In this document: positions 37,685 to 47,590 of the stretch, piece after piece
Layout of the letters: the number at the start of each line of letters is the position of its first letter
How positions within the stretch are numbered: the stretch's first letter is position 1
Source of the DNA: Pseudomonadota bacterium
GTDB lineage: Bacteria; Desulfobacterota; Binatia; Binatales; Binataceae
Length of the DNA stretch: 64,000 nucleotides
Direction: 5' to 3'
Assembly (NCBI GenBank): GCA_021324455.1
Contig: JAJPJA010000100.1
Span: 12,068-76,067 of the forward strand
The notes under the pieces: generated by a model
Database searches by the model: none
Told to the model about the DNA's origin: nothing
The model's input: the letters and a program-made list of their open reading frames with translations, nothing else
Position numbers and translations under genes: made by a program

Positions 37685-39034
37685 CTATTGCGCCTTCTTG
37701 CGCATGGTCACGAATTCCTCGGCCGCGGTGGGATGTATCGCGATGGTGGCGTCGAAGTCCGCTTTGGTTGCCCCGCATTTGAGCGCCACCGCGAAGCCCT
37801 GGATGATTTCGCCGGCTTCGGCGCCGATCATGTGGCATCCCAGCACCCGATCGGTGGCGCGGTCCACCACCAGCTTCATGAACGCGCGCTCCTGGCGGCC
37901 GCTGATGGTATGACGCAGCGGCCGAAAGCGCGTCTTGTACACGTCGATCTCGCCGCGCTGGCGCGCCTGCGCTTCGGTCAAGCCTGCGGTACCCAGACTT
38001 GGCTGACTGAATACCGCGGTCGGTATGAGGGAATGGTCCACCGCGGTCGGCTGATGGTTGAACAGGGTTTGCGCGACCGCCTGTCCTTCCGCGATTGCCA
38101 CCGGCGTCAGCATCGCGCGATTGGTGCAGTCGCCCACGGCGTAGATGTTCGGCTGCGAGGACTGCGAATAGCGATCCACCACCACCGCGCCGGCCGAATC
38201 GAGTTTGACGCCGGCATGCTCCAGTCCCATCCGATGGGTGTTGGGCGCGCGTCCGGTGGCGTACATCACCAGCCCCGCGGTCAGCGTCGAGCCGTCGTTC
38301 AACTGGGCGCGAAAGCCCTTGGCGTGAGGTTCGATTTCCGCGATGTCGGAGTTGAAGCGCAGGTCGACGCCGTTGTTGCGCATCTCCTGGGCCAGAATCG
38401 CGCGCAAATCGTCGTCGAACCCGCGCATGAACAGCTCGCCGCGATAGAGCTGCGTCACCTTGACTCCCATGCCGTGAAAAATGCCCGCGAACTCGGCCGC
38501 GATATATCCCCCGCCGACGATGATTACCGACTCGGGCAGCTCATTTAGAAAAAACGCTTCGTTCGAGGTGATGGCATGCTCGCATCCGGGGATCTTCGGA
38601 ATCACCGGCCAGCTTCCGGTGGCGATCAGCACGTAGCGCGCGCTGAGCCGCTGCTCGCCCACCGCCACGGTATGCGGGTCGAGCAGGGTCGCGCGGCCGT
38701 TGATGATGGTTGCTCCGGCGGTGGTCAGCAGATCGCCGTAAACGCCGTTGAGGCGCTGGATTTCCGTATTCTTGTGCGCGATCAGCCGGGCCCACTCAAA
38801 GCGGCCGCGTGCAATGCTCCAGCCGAAGCCCTGCGCCTCTTCGAGCAGGGCTCCATATTCGGACGCGTAGACCAGAAGCTTTTTCGGGATGCAGCCGACG
38901 TTGACGCAGGTGCCGCCCAGATAGCGCTCTTCCACCACCGCCACCCGCGCGCCATAGCCCGCCGCCACGCGGCTGGCGCGCACGCCGCCTGAGCCGGCGC
39001 CAATCGTAATCAGGTCGAAGTCGTATTGAGCCAT
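37685..39034 (-). CDS. gor: Glutathione-disulfide reductase (pyridine nucleotide-disulfide oxidoreductase)
   Basis: Redox-active GGTCVNVGCIPKK, dimerisation HPT…E motif (…IAIHPTAAEEFVTM…). Confidence 0.9.
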   Translation of the reverse strand: MAQYDFDLITIGAGSGGVRASRVAAGYGARVAVVEERYLGGTCVNVGCIPKKLLVYASEYGALLEEAQGFGWSIARGRFEWARLIAHKNTEIQRLNGVYGDLLTTAGATIINGRATLLDPHTVAVGEQRLSARYVLIATGSWPVIPKIPGCEHAITSNEAFFLNELPESVIIVGGGYIAAEFAGIFHGMGVKVTQLYRGELFMRGFDDDLRAILAQEMRNNGVDLRFNSDIAEIEPHAKGFRAQLNDGSTLTAGLVMYATGRAPNTHRMGLEHAGVKLDSAGAVVVDRYSQSSQPNIYAVGDCTNRAMLTPVAIAEGQAVAQTLFNHQPTAVDHSLIPTAVFSQPSLGTAGLTEAQARQRGEIDVYKTRFRPLRHTISGRQERAFMKLVVDRATDRVLGCHMIGAEAGEIIQGFAVALKCGATKADFDATIAIHPTAAEEFVTMRKKAQ

Positions 39035-39094
39035 GCGGTGAGCCTCTCGCCCAGAATCTAGCCGCGCGGCGCAGGCCCGCACCAGAGCGCGGCG

Positions 39095-41161
39095 CTACCT
39101 GCCCGCTTTGGCCAACTGCTCCTTTGACGCCGCGACCACGTGGTCCACGGTGAAGCCGAAATGCTTGAGCAGTTCCTTGATTGGCGCTGACGCGCCGAAC
39201 GTATGCATCCCGATACTGGCGCCGTCCACGCCCACATAGCGCGACCACCCGAAGGTGCCCGCTGCCTCCACCGAGACCCGCGCCCTTACCGCCGGCGGCA
39301 GTACGCTGTCGCGATACTCCTGCGATTGCAGCTCGAACAGCTCCCATGACGGCATGCTGACCACGCGCGCGCGCACGCCTTCCTTCGTCAGCCGCTCGTA
39401 CGCGTCGACGCACATCGCGACCTCGCTGCCGGTGCCGATCAGGATCACGTCGGGCGTGCCGCCGGCCGCGTCGGCCAGGACGTAGGCGCCATTCTTCACT
39501 CCGGTCGCCGGCGCATACTTCGACCGATCCAGAGTGGGCAGCGCCTGGCGGCTCAGGATAAAGGCGGCCGGGCGATGCTGCAGCGGCATCACCGCGCGCC
39601 ACGCCTCGACCACTTCGTTGGCGTCGGCCGGGCGCAGGGTGATCAGATGCGGCGTCGCGCGCAATGCCGCCAGCTGCTCGATTGGCTGATGGGTCGGGCC
39701 GTCCTCGCCCAATCCGATGGAATCATGCGTGAAGACATAGATCACCGGGAGCTCCATCAGCGCCGACAGCCGCAGCGCGGGCTTGAGATAATCGCTGAAA
39801 ATCAGAAAGCCCGACCCGAACGGACGCACCTTGCTGAGCGACAGGCCGTTGAGAATCGCGGCCATCGCGTGCTCGCGGATGCCGAAATGGAAATTGCGCC
39901 CGTGCCGATCCTCCGCTTCGAAGTCGCCGGCGCCGTCGAAGGTAAGCCGTGTCTTGGTCGACGGCGCCAAATCGGCCGCGCCGCCAATCAGCCATGGAAT
40001 GCGGCGGGCGAGCGCATTGAGCACCTGCCCTGAGCAATCGCGGCTGGCGATTCCCTTGGGGTCGGCTTTGTATGACGGCAGTTCCGCGTCCCATCCCGCG
40101 GGCAACTCGCGCCGCTGCATCCGCTCGAGCTGGTCGGCCAAATCCGGATAGGACCTGCGGTATTCGGTCAGCCGCGCATTCCACGCCGCGCGCATCTGGC
40201 GTCCGCGCGTGCGCATCGCCTGGGCAAAATGCTGCCGTACGTCGTCGGGCACCAAAAAATGGGCGTCCTCGGGCCATCCGTAGCTGCGTTTGGCCCCGCG
40301 GACTTCGTCCTCGCCCAGCGGCTCGCCATGCGCCGCGCTGGTATCGTGCTTATGCGGCGCGCCGTACGCGATGTGGCTGTCGACAATGATCAGGGTGGGG
40401 CGGTCGCGCGTTTCGCGCGCGCTGCGCAGCGCCCGATCGAGCGACTCCATCGAGTTCGCGTCGCCCACCCGCAGCACGTTCCAGTGATAGCCCAGAAACC
40501 GCGTCGCCACGTCGTCGCTGAAGGCCAGCGCGGTATTGCCCTCGATCGTGATGTGATTGTTGTCGTAAATCCAGCACAGGTTGGAGAGTCCCAGATGGCC
40601 CGCGACGGACGCCGCCTCGTTGGAGATGCCCTCCATCATGCAGCCGTCGCCAGCCAGCGCATAGACCCGGAAATCGAACAGCTCGAATCCGGGCCGATTG
40701 AAGTACGACGCCATCCACTGCGACGCGATCGCCATCCCGACGCTGGTCGCCACGCCCTGTCCCAGGGGCCCGGTGGTGGTTTCGATTCCGGAAACCATGC
40801 GGTACTCGGGATGGCCCGGGCATTTGCTGCCCAGCTGGCGGAAATGCCTGATGTCCTCCAGCGTCACCGCCGGCTGACCCAGAACCTCGTATTGCGGATC
40901 GACCGCCTTGACTCCGGTCAGATGTAACATCGAGTAGAGCAGCATCGAGGCGTGCCCCGCCGACAGCACGAAGCGGTCGCGATTGGGCCAGATCGGGTCT
41001 TCAGGGTCGAAGCGCAGGAAGCGGTCCCATAAGCAATAGACTACCGGCGCCATCGCCATCGGCGTTCCCGGATGGCCCGAGTTGGCCGCCTGCACCGCGT
41101 CGATCGAAAGAGTGCGAATCGTATTGATGCATTTCAGCTCGAGGCTTTCCTGCTCGGTCAT
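39095..41161 (-). CDS. tkt: Transketolase
   Basis: …SGHPGTPMAMAP… TPP motif, …GEDGPTHQP…, 689 aa from ATG at 41161. Confidence 0.95.
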   Translation of the reverse strand: MTEQESLELKCINTIRTLSIDAVQAANSGHPGTPMAMAPVVYCLWDRFLRFDPEDPIWPNRDRFVLSAGHASMLLYSMLHLTGVKAVDPQYEVLGQPAVTLEDIRHFRQLGSKCPGHPEYRMVSGIETTTGPLGQGVATSVGMAIASQWMASYFNRPGFELFDFRVYALAGDGCMMEGISNEAASVAGHLGLSNLCWIYDNNHITIEGNTALAFSDDVATRFLGYHWNVLRVGDANSMESLDRALRSARETRDRPTLIIVDSHIAYGAPHKHDTSAAHGEPLGEDEVRGAKRSYGWPEDAHFLVPDDVRQHFAQAMRTRGRQMRAAWNARLTEYRRSYPDLADQLERMQRRELPAGWDAELPSYKADPKGIASRDCSGQVLNALARRIPWLIGGAADLAPSTKTRLTFDGAGDFEAEDRHGRNFHFGIREHAMAAILNGLSLSKVRPFGSGFLIFSDYLKPALRLSALMELPVIYVFTHDSIGLGEDGPTHQPIEQLAALRATPHLITLRPADANEVVEAWRAVMPLQHRPAAFILSRQALPTLDRSKYAPATGVKNGAYVLADAAGGTPDVILIGTGSEVAMCVDAYERLTKEGVRARVVSMPSWELFELQSQEYRDSVLPPAVRARVSVEAAGTFGWSRYVGVDGASIGMHTFGASAPIKELLKHFGFTVDHVVAASKEQLAKAGR

Positions 41162-41163
41162 TT

Positions 41164-41220
41164 TGAAACCGCTCCCTTGCCTTGAAACCGCTCCCTTGCC
41201 TTGAAACCGCTCCCTTGCCG
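41164..41220. repeat. 3 x 19-bp perfect tandem repeat (ttgaaaccgctcccttgcc) abutting the tkt start codon; each unit carries an SD-like AAGGGAG on the tkt mRNA strand
   Basis: Seen directly; repeats begin 3 nt upstream of the tkt ATG (minus strand). Confidence 0.9.
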
Positions 41221-41444
41221 TCGCGAACCGGTTTTTATGTCGCGCAATGCCTAAAGGTTGCGCCATTAAGGTGAGCAGGTCCAGCAGCAAAGGAAAAGCT
41301 CAAAGCTCGGCCAGCTCAGAACCAAACTCAGGCGGATTGGGCTGCGCCATTGCGAACAGCTTTTGCTCTTTTTCCAATCTTAAAGTAAAAGCCGCCAAAG
41401 GCTGCAAAACCCCGCAGCTTGATGCGTCTTTTTTCCGGGAACCG

Positions 41445-42335
41445 ATGGGAGATACGATGGCGCACACGAAATTGACCGCAGCAATCGCGGCTATCGCTCT
41501 GATGCTGGCTGCAAACAGCAATGTGCGGGCCCAACTCGGCGGCTTCCATGGCCAACACTCGCCCGCAGCCGCGTTAATCTCGGAGCATAGCCGCCAGCCG
41601 CGGTACAATGATTTCCTGCGCCTGATCTTCGCGAATCTTCCTTCGCCCCCTGTTACGCTGGGCGCGCCGGCGGCCTATCGGGTTTTCTTCGGCGCCACGA
41701 TCTTTTATCAGCCGCCGCTCACGGTCGCTCAGATCGCCAATTTCTCCGGCATCCCGCTGCATTCGGATCGAGACCTTTACGTGCTCCGATGTATTCCGCC
41801 GCCGGGCTCCAATGCCGACCCGACTCTGGCCATGTGGCCCAACCTGATTTCCAGAATTCTCGACGACTATGACGCCAATCCGCCGGTGCCCGGTACGCCC
41901 GACGAAGCCATCCAGAAAATCGCACAGAGCTTCGACGACCTTCCCAGCATGGTGCTGACCGAGACTTTGGAAAATGCGCTCAGCGTGGGAAAACAGTTTT
42001 TCCAGAAGTATCCGCAAACCGGAGCGCAGCAGTTTACCGCGCAGCAGATGCAGGATCAGATGAGCAGGCGTTTCGGCACATTCACCGCTTTCACCGGGCT
42101 CGGATACGCTGCCGAAGGCACCGCTTCCTCGCCCGCTTTCGACGCGGAGCAAACCATGCGCTCGATGGTCATCCCCGATTTCGTGCTGCGCAACGTGACT
42201 TTAGCCGAAGCGGGATGCCACTGTATCGTGGCGCCGCCGGCGATTCGCAACCGCGATCAGCAGGAACTCGATCCCGACTTCGTCCTGCGCCGGGACAACT
42301 ACGGACGCTGCGTGAAGGTAAAGCGAATCAGCTGA
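41445..42335 (+). CDS. Secreted hypothetical protein (~295 aa)
   Basis: Signal peptide (AAIAAIALMLAANSNVRAQ); no family recognised; lower-GC upstream region. Confidence 0.5.
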   Translation: MGDTMAHTKLTAAIAAIALMLAANSNVRAQLGGFHGQHSPAAALISEHSRQPRYNDFLRLIFANLPSPPVTLGAPAAYRVFFGATIFYQPPLTVAQIANFSGIPLHSDRDLYVLRCIPPPGSNADPTLAMWPNLISRILDDYDANPPVPGTPDEAIQKIAQSFDDLPSMVLTETLENALSVGKQFFQKYPQTGAQQFTAQQMQDQMSRRFGTFTAFTGLGYAAEGTASSPAFDAEQTMRSMVIPDFVLRNVTLAEAGCHCIVAPPAIRNRDQQELDPDFVLRRDNYGRCVKVKRIS

Positions 42336-42439
42336 AAACCGAGCGGGAAAAGGGTTTGGGCGCTCCAAGCCCCGGACCTCCCGGCCGCTCTGGACCGAGT
42401 ACCGCGCCACCTATACCTTCACAGGCACGGACTTGGCTC

Positions 42440-43522
42440 ATGAAAATCAGAGTGGCAGTAGTAGGCGCAACCGGTATCGCGGGGCAGCAGGTCCTCGCCG
42501 GCCTCGACAACCATCCTACCTTTGAAGTGGCCGCGCTGGCGGCCTCTGAGCGATCGGCCGGCAAATCGTACGCCGACGCGATCGTGGATCGCGAGTCCGG
42601 TATCAAGCGATGGTACGTGGCGGGGACCGATCCCGCGCCCGCCGTGATGGCGCTGCCGGTGCAGGACGCCAAAAGCCTTGAACTGGAGGGAATCGACCTG
42701 GTCTTTGCCGCCGTCGAATCCGACGCCGCGCGCGAACTGGAGCCGATCTACGCCCGCCGCGTGCCGACCATCTCCACCGCCCGGCCCCATCGGATGGAAC
42801 CCGATGTCCCGCTGCTGATCCCCGGCGTCAACCTCGATCACCTGGCGCTGGTCAACGAGCAGAAGCGGCGCCGCGGATGGCAGGGATTCATCGCCACCCT
42901 GCCCAACTGCACCGCCACCGGGATGGCGGTCACGCTCAAGGCGCTGGACCTGCGCCTGGGTATCGACGCGGTGATGGTCACCACGATGCAGGGGATCTCC
43001 GGCGCGGGGCGCGATCTGCCCGCCCTCGATATCGTGGAGAACATCATTCCTTATATTCCGCGCGAGGAGGAACGGGTCCGCATCGAGACGCCGAAAATTC
43101 TGGGCCGGCTGGGCGAAGGCGCGATCATCCAGCCCTCGATCAAAATCAGTGCGACCTGCACGCGCGCGGGCGTGATTGCCGGCCATACCGAAGCCGTGAC
43201 GGTGGCGTTGAAGCAGCCCGCTTCCACCGATGACGTAATCGCGGCGTTCGAGAGTTTCGGCACCGAGTTCACCGGACTGCGATTGCCGACCTCGCCCCGC
43301 CACATGATCACGGTGCATCGCGATCCGATGCGCCCGCAGCCGCGCCTTGACCGCGACGCGGAGGACGGGATGACCACGTCGGTCGGACGTATCCGCCCCG
43401 ACGAAGTGCTGCCCAACGGCATCAAGTACCTGCTGGTGACGCACAACACGGCGATGGGCGCGGGCAAAGGCGCCGTCCTGCTGGCCGAGTACCTGGCCCA
43501 CGCCGGCTACCTGCGCGCCTGA
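42440..43522 (+). CDS. asd: Aspartate-semialdehyde dehydrogenase (archaeal/MCR-like subgroup)
   Basis: MKIRVAVVGATGIAGQ (NAD(P) GxxGxxG), active-site …NCTATGM…; 360 aa. The annotated 42215 start is an artefactual extension. Confidence 0.85.
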   Translation: MKIRVAVVGATGIAGQQVLAGLDNHPTFEVAALAASERSAGKSYADAIVDRESGIKRWYVAGTDPAPAVMALPVQDAKSLELEGIDLVFAAVESDAARELEPIYARRVPTISTARPHRMEPDVPLLIPGVNLDHLALVNEQKRRRGWQGFIATLPNCTATGMAVTLKALDLRLGIDAVMVTTMQGISGAGRDLPALDIVENIIPYIPREEERVRIETPKILGRLGEGAIIQPSIKISATCTRAGVIAGHTEAVTVALKQPASTDDVIAAFESFGTEFTGLRLPTSPRHMITVHRDPMRPQPRLDRDAEDGMTTSVGRIRPDEVLPNGIKYLLVTHNTAMGAGKGAVLLAEYLAHAGYLRA

Positions 43523-43737
43523 AATTTGACCGGCGCACATAGCGGGACAGGCTGCCCTGCCCAACGCGCGATTCTTCTCGCGCCGCCCCGCAGTGTCATT
43601 CCGACCAACCGAGCGCAGAGGCCGGCGCATTGTAGAAACTCCAGACGCAAAAGCTTTGCCGCTTGTGCCTGCGCATGAGAGGCGGGGACGCCTGTCCTGG
43701 TTAGGCGGGCGCGGGCTTCCGCGCCCGCCATATCGGC

Positions 43738-44511
43738 TCACACCTTAGGCTTGGTCGCCACCCAATGCTCTCCCGCGGCCAGGCCTTCCAGCGCCAGGCC
43801 GAGAGTCAGGTTGTCCAGCATCAGGCGTTTCAGATGCATGGTCAGGGCCTGACGCGCGTAGCGCACGGCCAGCGGCGGCTTTGAGGTTATCTGGCGCGCC
43901 AGCTCCCACGCCCGCGGCATCAGCTGGTCCCGCGCCATCACTTCCGCCACCAGTCCCATATCCAGCGCCTGACGCGCGGAGATCTTCTGTCCGGTCAGCA
44001 GAAAGTATCGTCCGCGATTGAAACCCATCAGCAGCGGAAAGACCACATGCACGCCGTCGCCCGGAACCAGTCCGCCGGGAAAATGCGGCAGGTCCTGGAA
44101 CTCCGCCGTCTCCGACGCGATCACCACGTCGCACAGCAGCGCCAGTTCCGCATGAATCAGCGCCGGGCCGTTGACCGCCGCGATCATCGGCACTTCGACA
44201 TCGAGATGATTCATCAGCAGATGCTTGCCGTCGCTGAAGGTATGGTCCCAGGCGCCGGGCGGGACCTTGTTGACGTCGCCGCCCCACAAGGCGTCGGCGA
44301 TGAATTCGTCTCCGGTGCCGGTGATGATCACGGCCTTGTTGTCGCGGTCGCGCGCGATCTCGCCAAAGGCGTATGACAGCTCCTCGTGCGGCCGCATCCC
44401 CCATTTCAGCGGACCGCCCTTGCTGTGCAGCGTGACCTGCAGGATACCGTCGGTGCGTTCCATCTTGATGAACTTGTACTTGCCCGCGTACTCTTCGAGC
44501 TTGATAGCCAT
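43738..44511 (-). CDS. Enoyl-CoA hydratase/isomerase (crotonase) family protein
   Basis: ATG at 44511 (MAIKLEEY…); crotonase fold signatures (…AVIITGTGDEFIA…, …IAAVNGPAL…HAEL…). Confidence 0.85.
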   Translation of the reverse strand: MAIKLEEYAGKYKFIKMERTDGILQVTLHSKGGPLKWGMRPHEELSYAFGEIARDRDNKAVIITGTGDEFIADALWGGDVNKVPPGAWDHTFSDGKHLLMNHLDVEVPMIAAVNGPALIHAELALLCDVVIASETAEFQDLPHFPGGLVPGDGVHVVFPLLMGFNRGRYFLLTGQKISARQALDMGLVAEVMARDQLMPRAWELARQITSKPPLAVRYARQALTMHLKRLMLDNLTLGLALEGLAAGEHWVATKPKV

Positions 44512-44608
44512 GGCTGTCCTCCTGTCGAATAGTGGATGGTGCGAAGGGAGTATACGTGAGCGTGCGCGCACAACCCCAACATCAAAAGCCGCACCGCGAG
44601 GTTTAATC

Positions 44609-45484
44609 ATGGATTTACGATCGATGCTGTTTGTGCCCGGCGACAGCGAGCGCAAGCTGGCCAAAGGCGCGAGTTCGGGGGCCGACGCGCTGGTGCTGGA
44701 TTTGGAGGACTCGGTGCCGGCGGATCGAATCGAAGCCGCGCGCGCGATGGTTCGTGAATACCTCGGCAGCCATCGCGACCGCTCGCGCCAGCAGCTGTGG
44801 GTGAGGATCAATCCGCTGTCGACGGACAAGGCGCTGGCGGATCTGGCCGCGATTACCGCCGGCGCGCCCGACGGTATTGTGCTGCCCAAGACCAATTCGT
44901 CCGCCGACGTAATCGCCGCGGGGCATTATCTGTCCGCGCTGGAGGTCCGCGAAGGCGTGCCGCGGGGCAGCGTGCGCATCTTCGCCATCGCGACTGAAAC
45001 CGCGCCGGCGCTGTTTGCCCTGGGGAGCTTCGCCGGATGCAGTCCGCGGCTGGCGGGTATCACGTGGGGCGCCGAGGATTTGGCGGCGGCGCTGGGCGCG
45101 GCCACCAATCGCGACGACAAGGGCGAGCTGGAATTCACCTATCGGCTGGCGCGCTCCCTGTGTTTGGCGGGCGCGGTCGCCGCGGGAGTGCAGCCGCTGG
45201 ATACCGTTTTCGTCGATTTCCGCGATTCCGAGGGCTTGCGCGCCGAGTCGCGCGCGGCGGCGCGCGCCGGCTTTACCGGCAAGATCGCGATCCATCCCGA
45301 CCAGGTGCCGATCATCAACCAGGCCTTTACCCCGTCGGCGGAAGAAGTGGCCCACGCCAGACGTGTAATCGAAGCGTTCGCCGCCGGCGCCGGCACCGTT
45401 GCGCTGGACGGCAAGATGCTCGACCTGCCGCATCTGAAGCAGGCCCGGCGCGTCCTGGAGATCGCCGGGCGCCTGCGCGATTGA
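44609..45484 (+). CDS. HpcH/HpaI aldolase - citrate lyase beta (CitE)-like / malyl-CoA lyase-like protein
   Basis: …RSMLFVPGDSERKLAKG… and …GIVLPK… CitE-family signatures. Confidence 0.8.
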   Translation: MDLRSMLFVPGDSERKLAKGASSGADALVLDLEDSVPADRIEAARAMVREYLGSHRDRSRQQLWVRINPLSTDKALADLAAITAGAPDGIVLPKTNSSADVIAAGHYLSALEVREGVPRGSVRIFAIATETAPALFALGSFAGCSPRLAGITWGAEDLAAALGAATNRDDKGELEFTYRLARSLCLAGAVAAGVQPLDTVFVDFRDSEGLRAESRAAARAGFTGKIAIHPDQVPIINQAFTPSAEEVAHARRVIEAFAAGAGTVALDGKMLDLPHLKQARRVLEIAGRLRD

Positions 45485-45541
45485 CAAGCGGCAGCGATGC
45501 ATGGCGGTATGCGAGGCGAAATCACGCGAAGGTGAAGCCTT

Positions 45542-46432
45542 ATGAAGATCGGCATGGGATCAATGGGGATCGGTCCGTTCGCGGACCCGGAAATAATGGC
45601 GCACGTGGCCCGCACGGCTGAACGATGCGGTTTTGAATCGCTGTGGATGCCCGATCATTCGGCGATTCCCGACGGACATCAGACCAAATGCCCCTACACG
45701 CCGGACGGGGAGATACCCGGCGGCCCCGACGCTCCACTGGTCGAACCGATTGCGGCGCTGTCATTCGTCGCGGGCCTGACGTCGAAAATCAAACTCGGCA
45801 CCGGCATCATGATCCTCCCGCAGCGGCATCCGTTTTACGTTGCCAAGGAAGTGGCCACCCTGGATCAGATTTCGAAAGGCCGGGCGCTGCTGGGAATCGG
45901 CAGCGGATGGTGCGCGGAGGAGTTCGCCGCGTTGGGACTGGATTTCCATCAGCGCGGCAAGCGCACCGACGAGGCGATGCAGGCGCTGCGGGTGTTGTGG
46001 CGCGAGGATCCGTCCACCTTCAAGGGCATCCATTTCAACTTCGAACGCATCCGCAGCTTTCCCAAGCCGATCCAAAAGGGCGGTGTGCCGATTCTCGTCG
46101 GAGGGCATTCGCGGGCGGCGGCGCGGCGCGCGGCGCGCTACGGCGACGGCTTCTATCCGCTCACGCCCATCGTTGATTCCGACCTCAGCAAGATCGACTT
46201 CCTCAAAGAGATCAAGGGGCTGATCGCGCTGCTCAAGGAAGAATGCGACAAGGCCGGCCGCAGGTTCGACGGGTTCGATATCACTACCGGCACCGGTCCC
46301 GATATGGACATGATTCGGCGCCTGGAGGATATCGGCGTCACCCGTGTCTTCATGAGTTCACCGGCGGCGGACCGCGACGGTATCACGCGTGCGCTGGAGC
46401 AAATCGGAAACGAGATTATCGCCCGGATGTAA
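45542..46432 (+). CDS. LLM class F420-dependent oxidoreductase
   Basis: …CGFESLWMPDH…, …ALLGIGSGW… LLM signatures; 296 aa. Confidence 0.85.
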   Translation: MKIGMGSMGIGPFADPEIMAHVARTAERCGFESLWMPDHSAIPDGHQTKCPYTPDGEIPGGPDAPLVEPIAALSFVAGLTSKIKLGTGIMILPQRHPFYVAKEVATLDQISKGRALLGIGSGWCAEEFAALGLDFHQRGKRTDEAMQALRVLWREDPSTFKGIHFNFERIRSFPKPIQKGGVPILVGGHSRAAARRAARYGDGFYPLTPIVDSDLSKIDFLKEIKGLIALLKEECDKAGRRFDGFDITTGTGPDMDMIRRLEDIGVTRVFMSSPAADRDGITRALEQIGNEIIARM

Positions 46433-46885
46433 TCAGGCGGAAGCGCGTTCGCCGTCATCCGCACCGGCCAACGCGCGGCGCGCCGCGGCCGGCGCGCGGC
46501 CGCCAAATGCCGTCAGCAGCACGAACATGGTGACGGCGCCGGCGCTGTCATAACCCAGATCGCGCAGGCTGCAGGTGCGTGCGGGAATAAAGTACTGATG
46601 CCCCTCGTCGGCCGCCGCGGCCAGCACGGATATGAGCAGCGCCAACCATGGCCGCAGCCCGACGATCCGGGCCAAAAGAAAGCACAAGACCAGATATTCC
46701 AAAAAGTGAGCGCTCCAGCGCACGATGGAAAGATCCCAGAACAGCTCGTTGGCGGTGCCGGCGTGGAGGAGCGATTGGAAATAGGGGTAGAACAGCGGCT
46801 CCATCCGCGCGGCCGAGAACAGCGCGGTGCCCAGCCAGTAGACCACCGCCATTAAAGCCGCGAGCAGAAAAAATCGCGCCGCCAT
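46433..46885 (-). CDS. VanZ-like family membrane protein
   Basis: ATG at 46885 (MAARFFLLAAL…); 4 TM; …ADEGHQYFIPARTCSLRDLGYDSAGA… VanZ signature. Stop abuts the LLM stop (tail-to-tail, 0-nt gap). Confidence 0.6.
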   Translation of the reverse strand: MAARFFLLAALMAVVYWLGTALFSAARMEPLFYPYFQSLLHAGTANELFWDLSIVRWSAHFLEYLVLCFLLARIVGLRPWLALLISVLAAAADEGHQYFIPARTCSLRDLGYDSAGAVTMFVLLTAFGGRAPAAARRALAGADDGERASA

Positions 46886-46962
46886 CCCGATTGGTTTCCG
46901 CCCGCATCCGGGAGATTCGGGAAGCTGTTCCACCAGCGCAACAATAGTCGATTTTAACTCAA

Positions 46963-46985
46963 AAAAATACCACCGGGTATTCGCT
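46963..46985 (-). terminator. Weak rho-independent terminator candidate downstream of the gmhB-like gene (AAUACC-cggu-GGUAUU + U7 on the minus-strand RNA)
   Basis: 6-bp AT-rich stem followed by 7 U; 126 nt after the gmhB-like stop. Confidence 0.3.
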
Positions 46986-47110
46986 TCTCCCGCTTCCCGA
47001 TTCACTGCCTTTCGGAGATGAGAAGTCGATTTTTTCCACTGGAAAAGCGCAGCGATGAGGCGGCCGTGCGGCAAAGCAGAAAGCGAACCGGACCCGCGCC
47101 AGTGGCGGCG

Positions 47111-47584
47111 TTAATGCCTGAAGAACTCGGCGGCATACACGAAACGCCCGACGCCCGCGGCCTTGGCGCATTGCTCGTCCACTGCCTGATCGCCCACCAT
47201 CGTCGAGTTGGCCAGATCGACGCCGTACGCCTGGGCCAACTCCGTGACCATTCCAGCCGCCGGCTTGCGGCATCCGCATCCGTCTTCCGGCCCATGGGGG
47301 CAGATTTCCCATGCGGTGAGGATTCCGCCCAGTTGCCGGTCGGTCTCCGCGATGGCCGCTTCGACCTGTTGGCGGGTGAAGCGTCCGCGTTTGATGCCGC
47401 GCTGATTGGTGACGATAAAAATCAGATGGTCGCGCAGCGGTCGCAGCGTGTCAGCGACGTTGGGCAGCAGCTTGATGCTGATATTGCCGCGGCTGTCGGC
47501 GGGCAGATCGCGATTTTCGTCCAGTTCGACCAGGGTTCCGCCGAGGTCACAGAACAGTCCGATATTTCCGGCATTGGGCGCCAT
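47111..47584 (-). CDS. HAD-IIIA phosphatase, D,D-heptose-1,7-bisphosphate phosphatase (GmhB)-like
   Basis: N-terminal DxGGT (…LFCDLGGTLVE…), …VTNQ…, C-terminal …MVGDQAVDEQCA…; Zn-binding CPHGPEDGCGCRKP loop typical of GmhB/HisB-N. Confidence 0.75.
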   Translation of the reverse strand: MAPNAGNIGLFCDLGGTLVELDENRDLPADSRGNISIKLLPNVADTLRPLRDHLIFIVTNQRGIKRGRFTRQQVEAAIAETDRQLGGILTAWEICPHGPEDGCGCRKPAAGMVTELAQAYGVDLANSTMVGDQAVDEQCAKAAGVGRFVYAAEFFRH

Positions 47585-47590
47585 GCAATC

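Noticed and set aside
41164-41220. CRISPR-like repeat
   Set aside because: The repeats are directly tandem with no spacers and only three 19-bp units. This is a simple tandem duplication, not a CRISPR array.
42215-42439. N-terminal 75-codon extension of the asd ORF
   Set aside because: The extension is Pro/Gly/Arg-rich and overlaps the upstream gene's 3' end. Conserved Asd N-terminus MKIRVAVVGATG begins at 42440.
43704-43729. GC-rich hairpin (GGCGGGCGCGG-gcttc-CCGCGCCCGCC) between asd and the crotonase gene
   Set aside because: It is a perfect stem but has no U-tract on either strand. It may be a structural element or a Rho-dependent pause, so it is not called as an intrinsic terminator.
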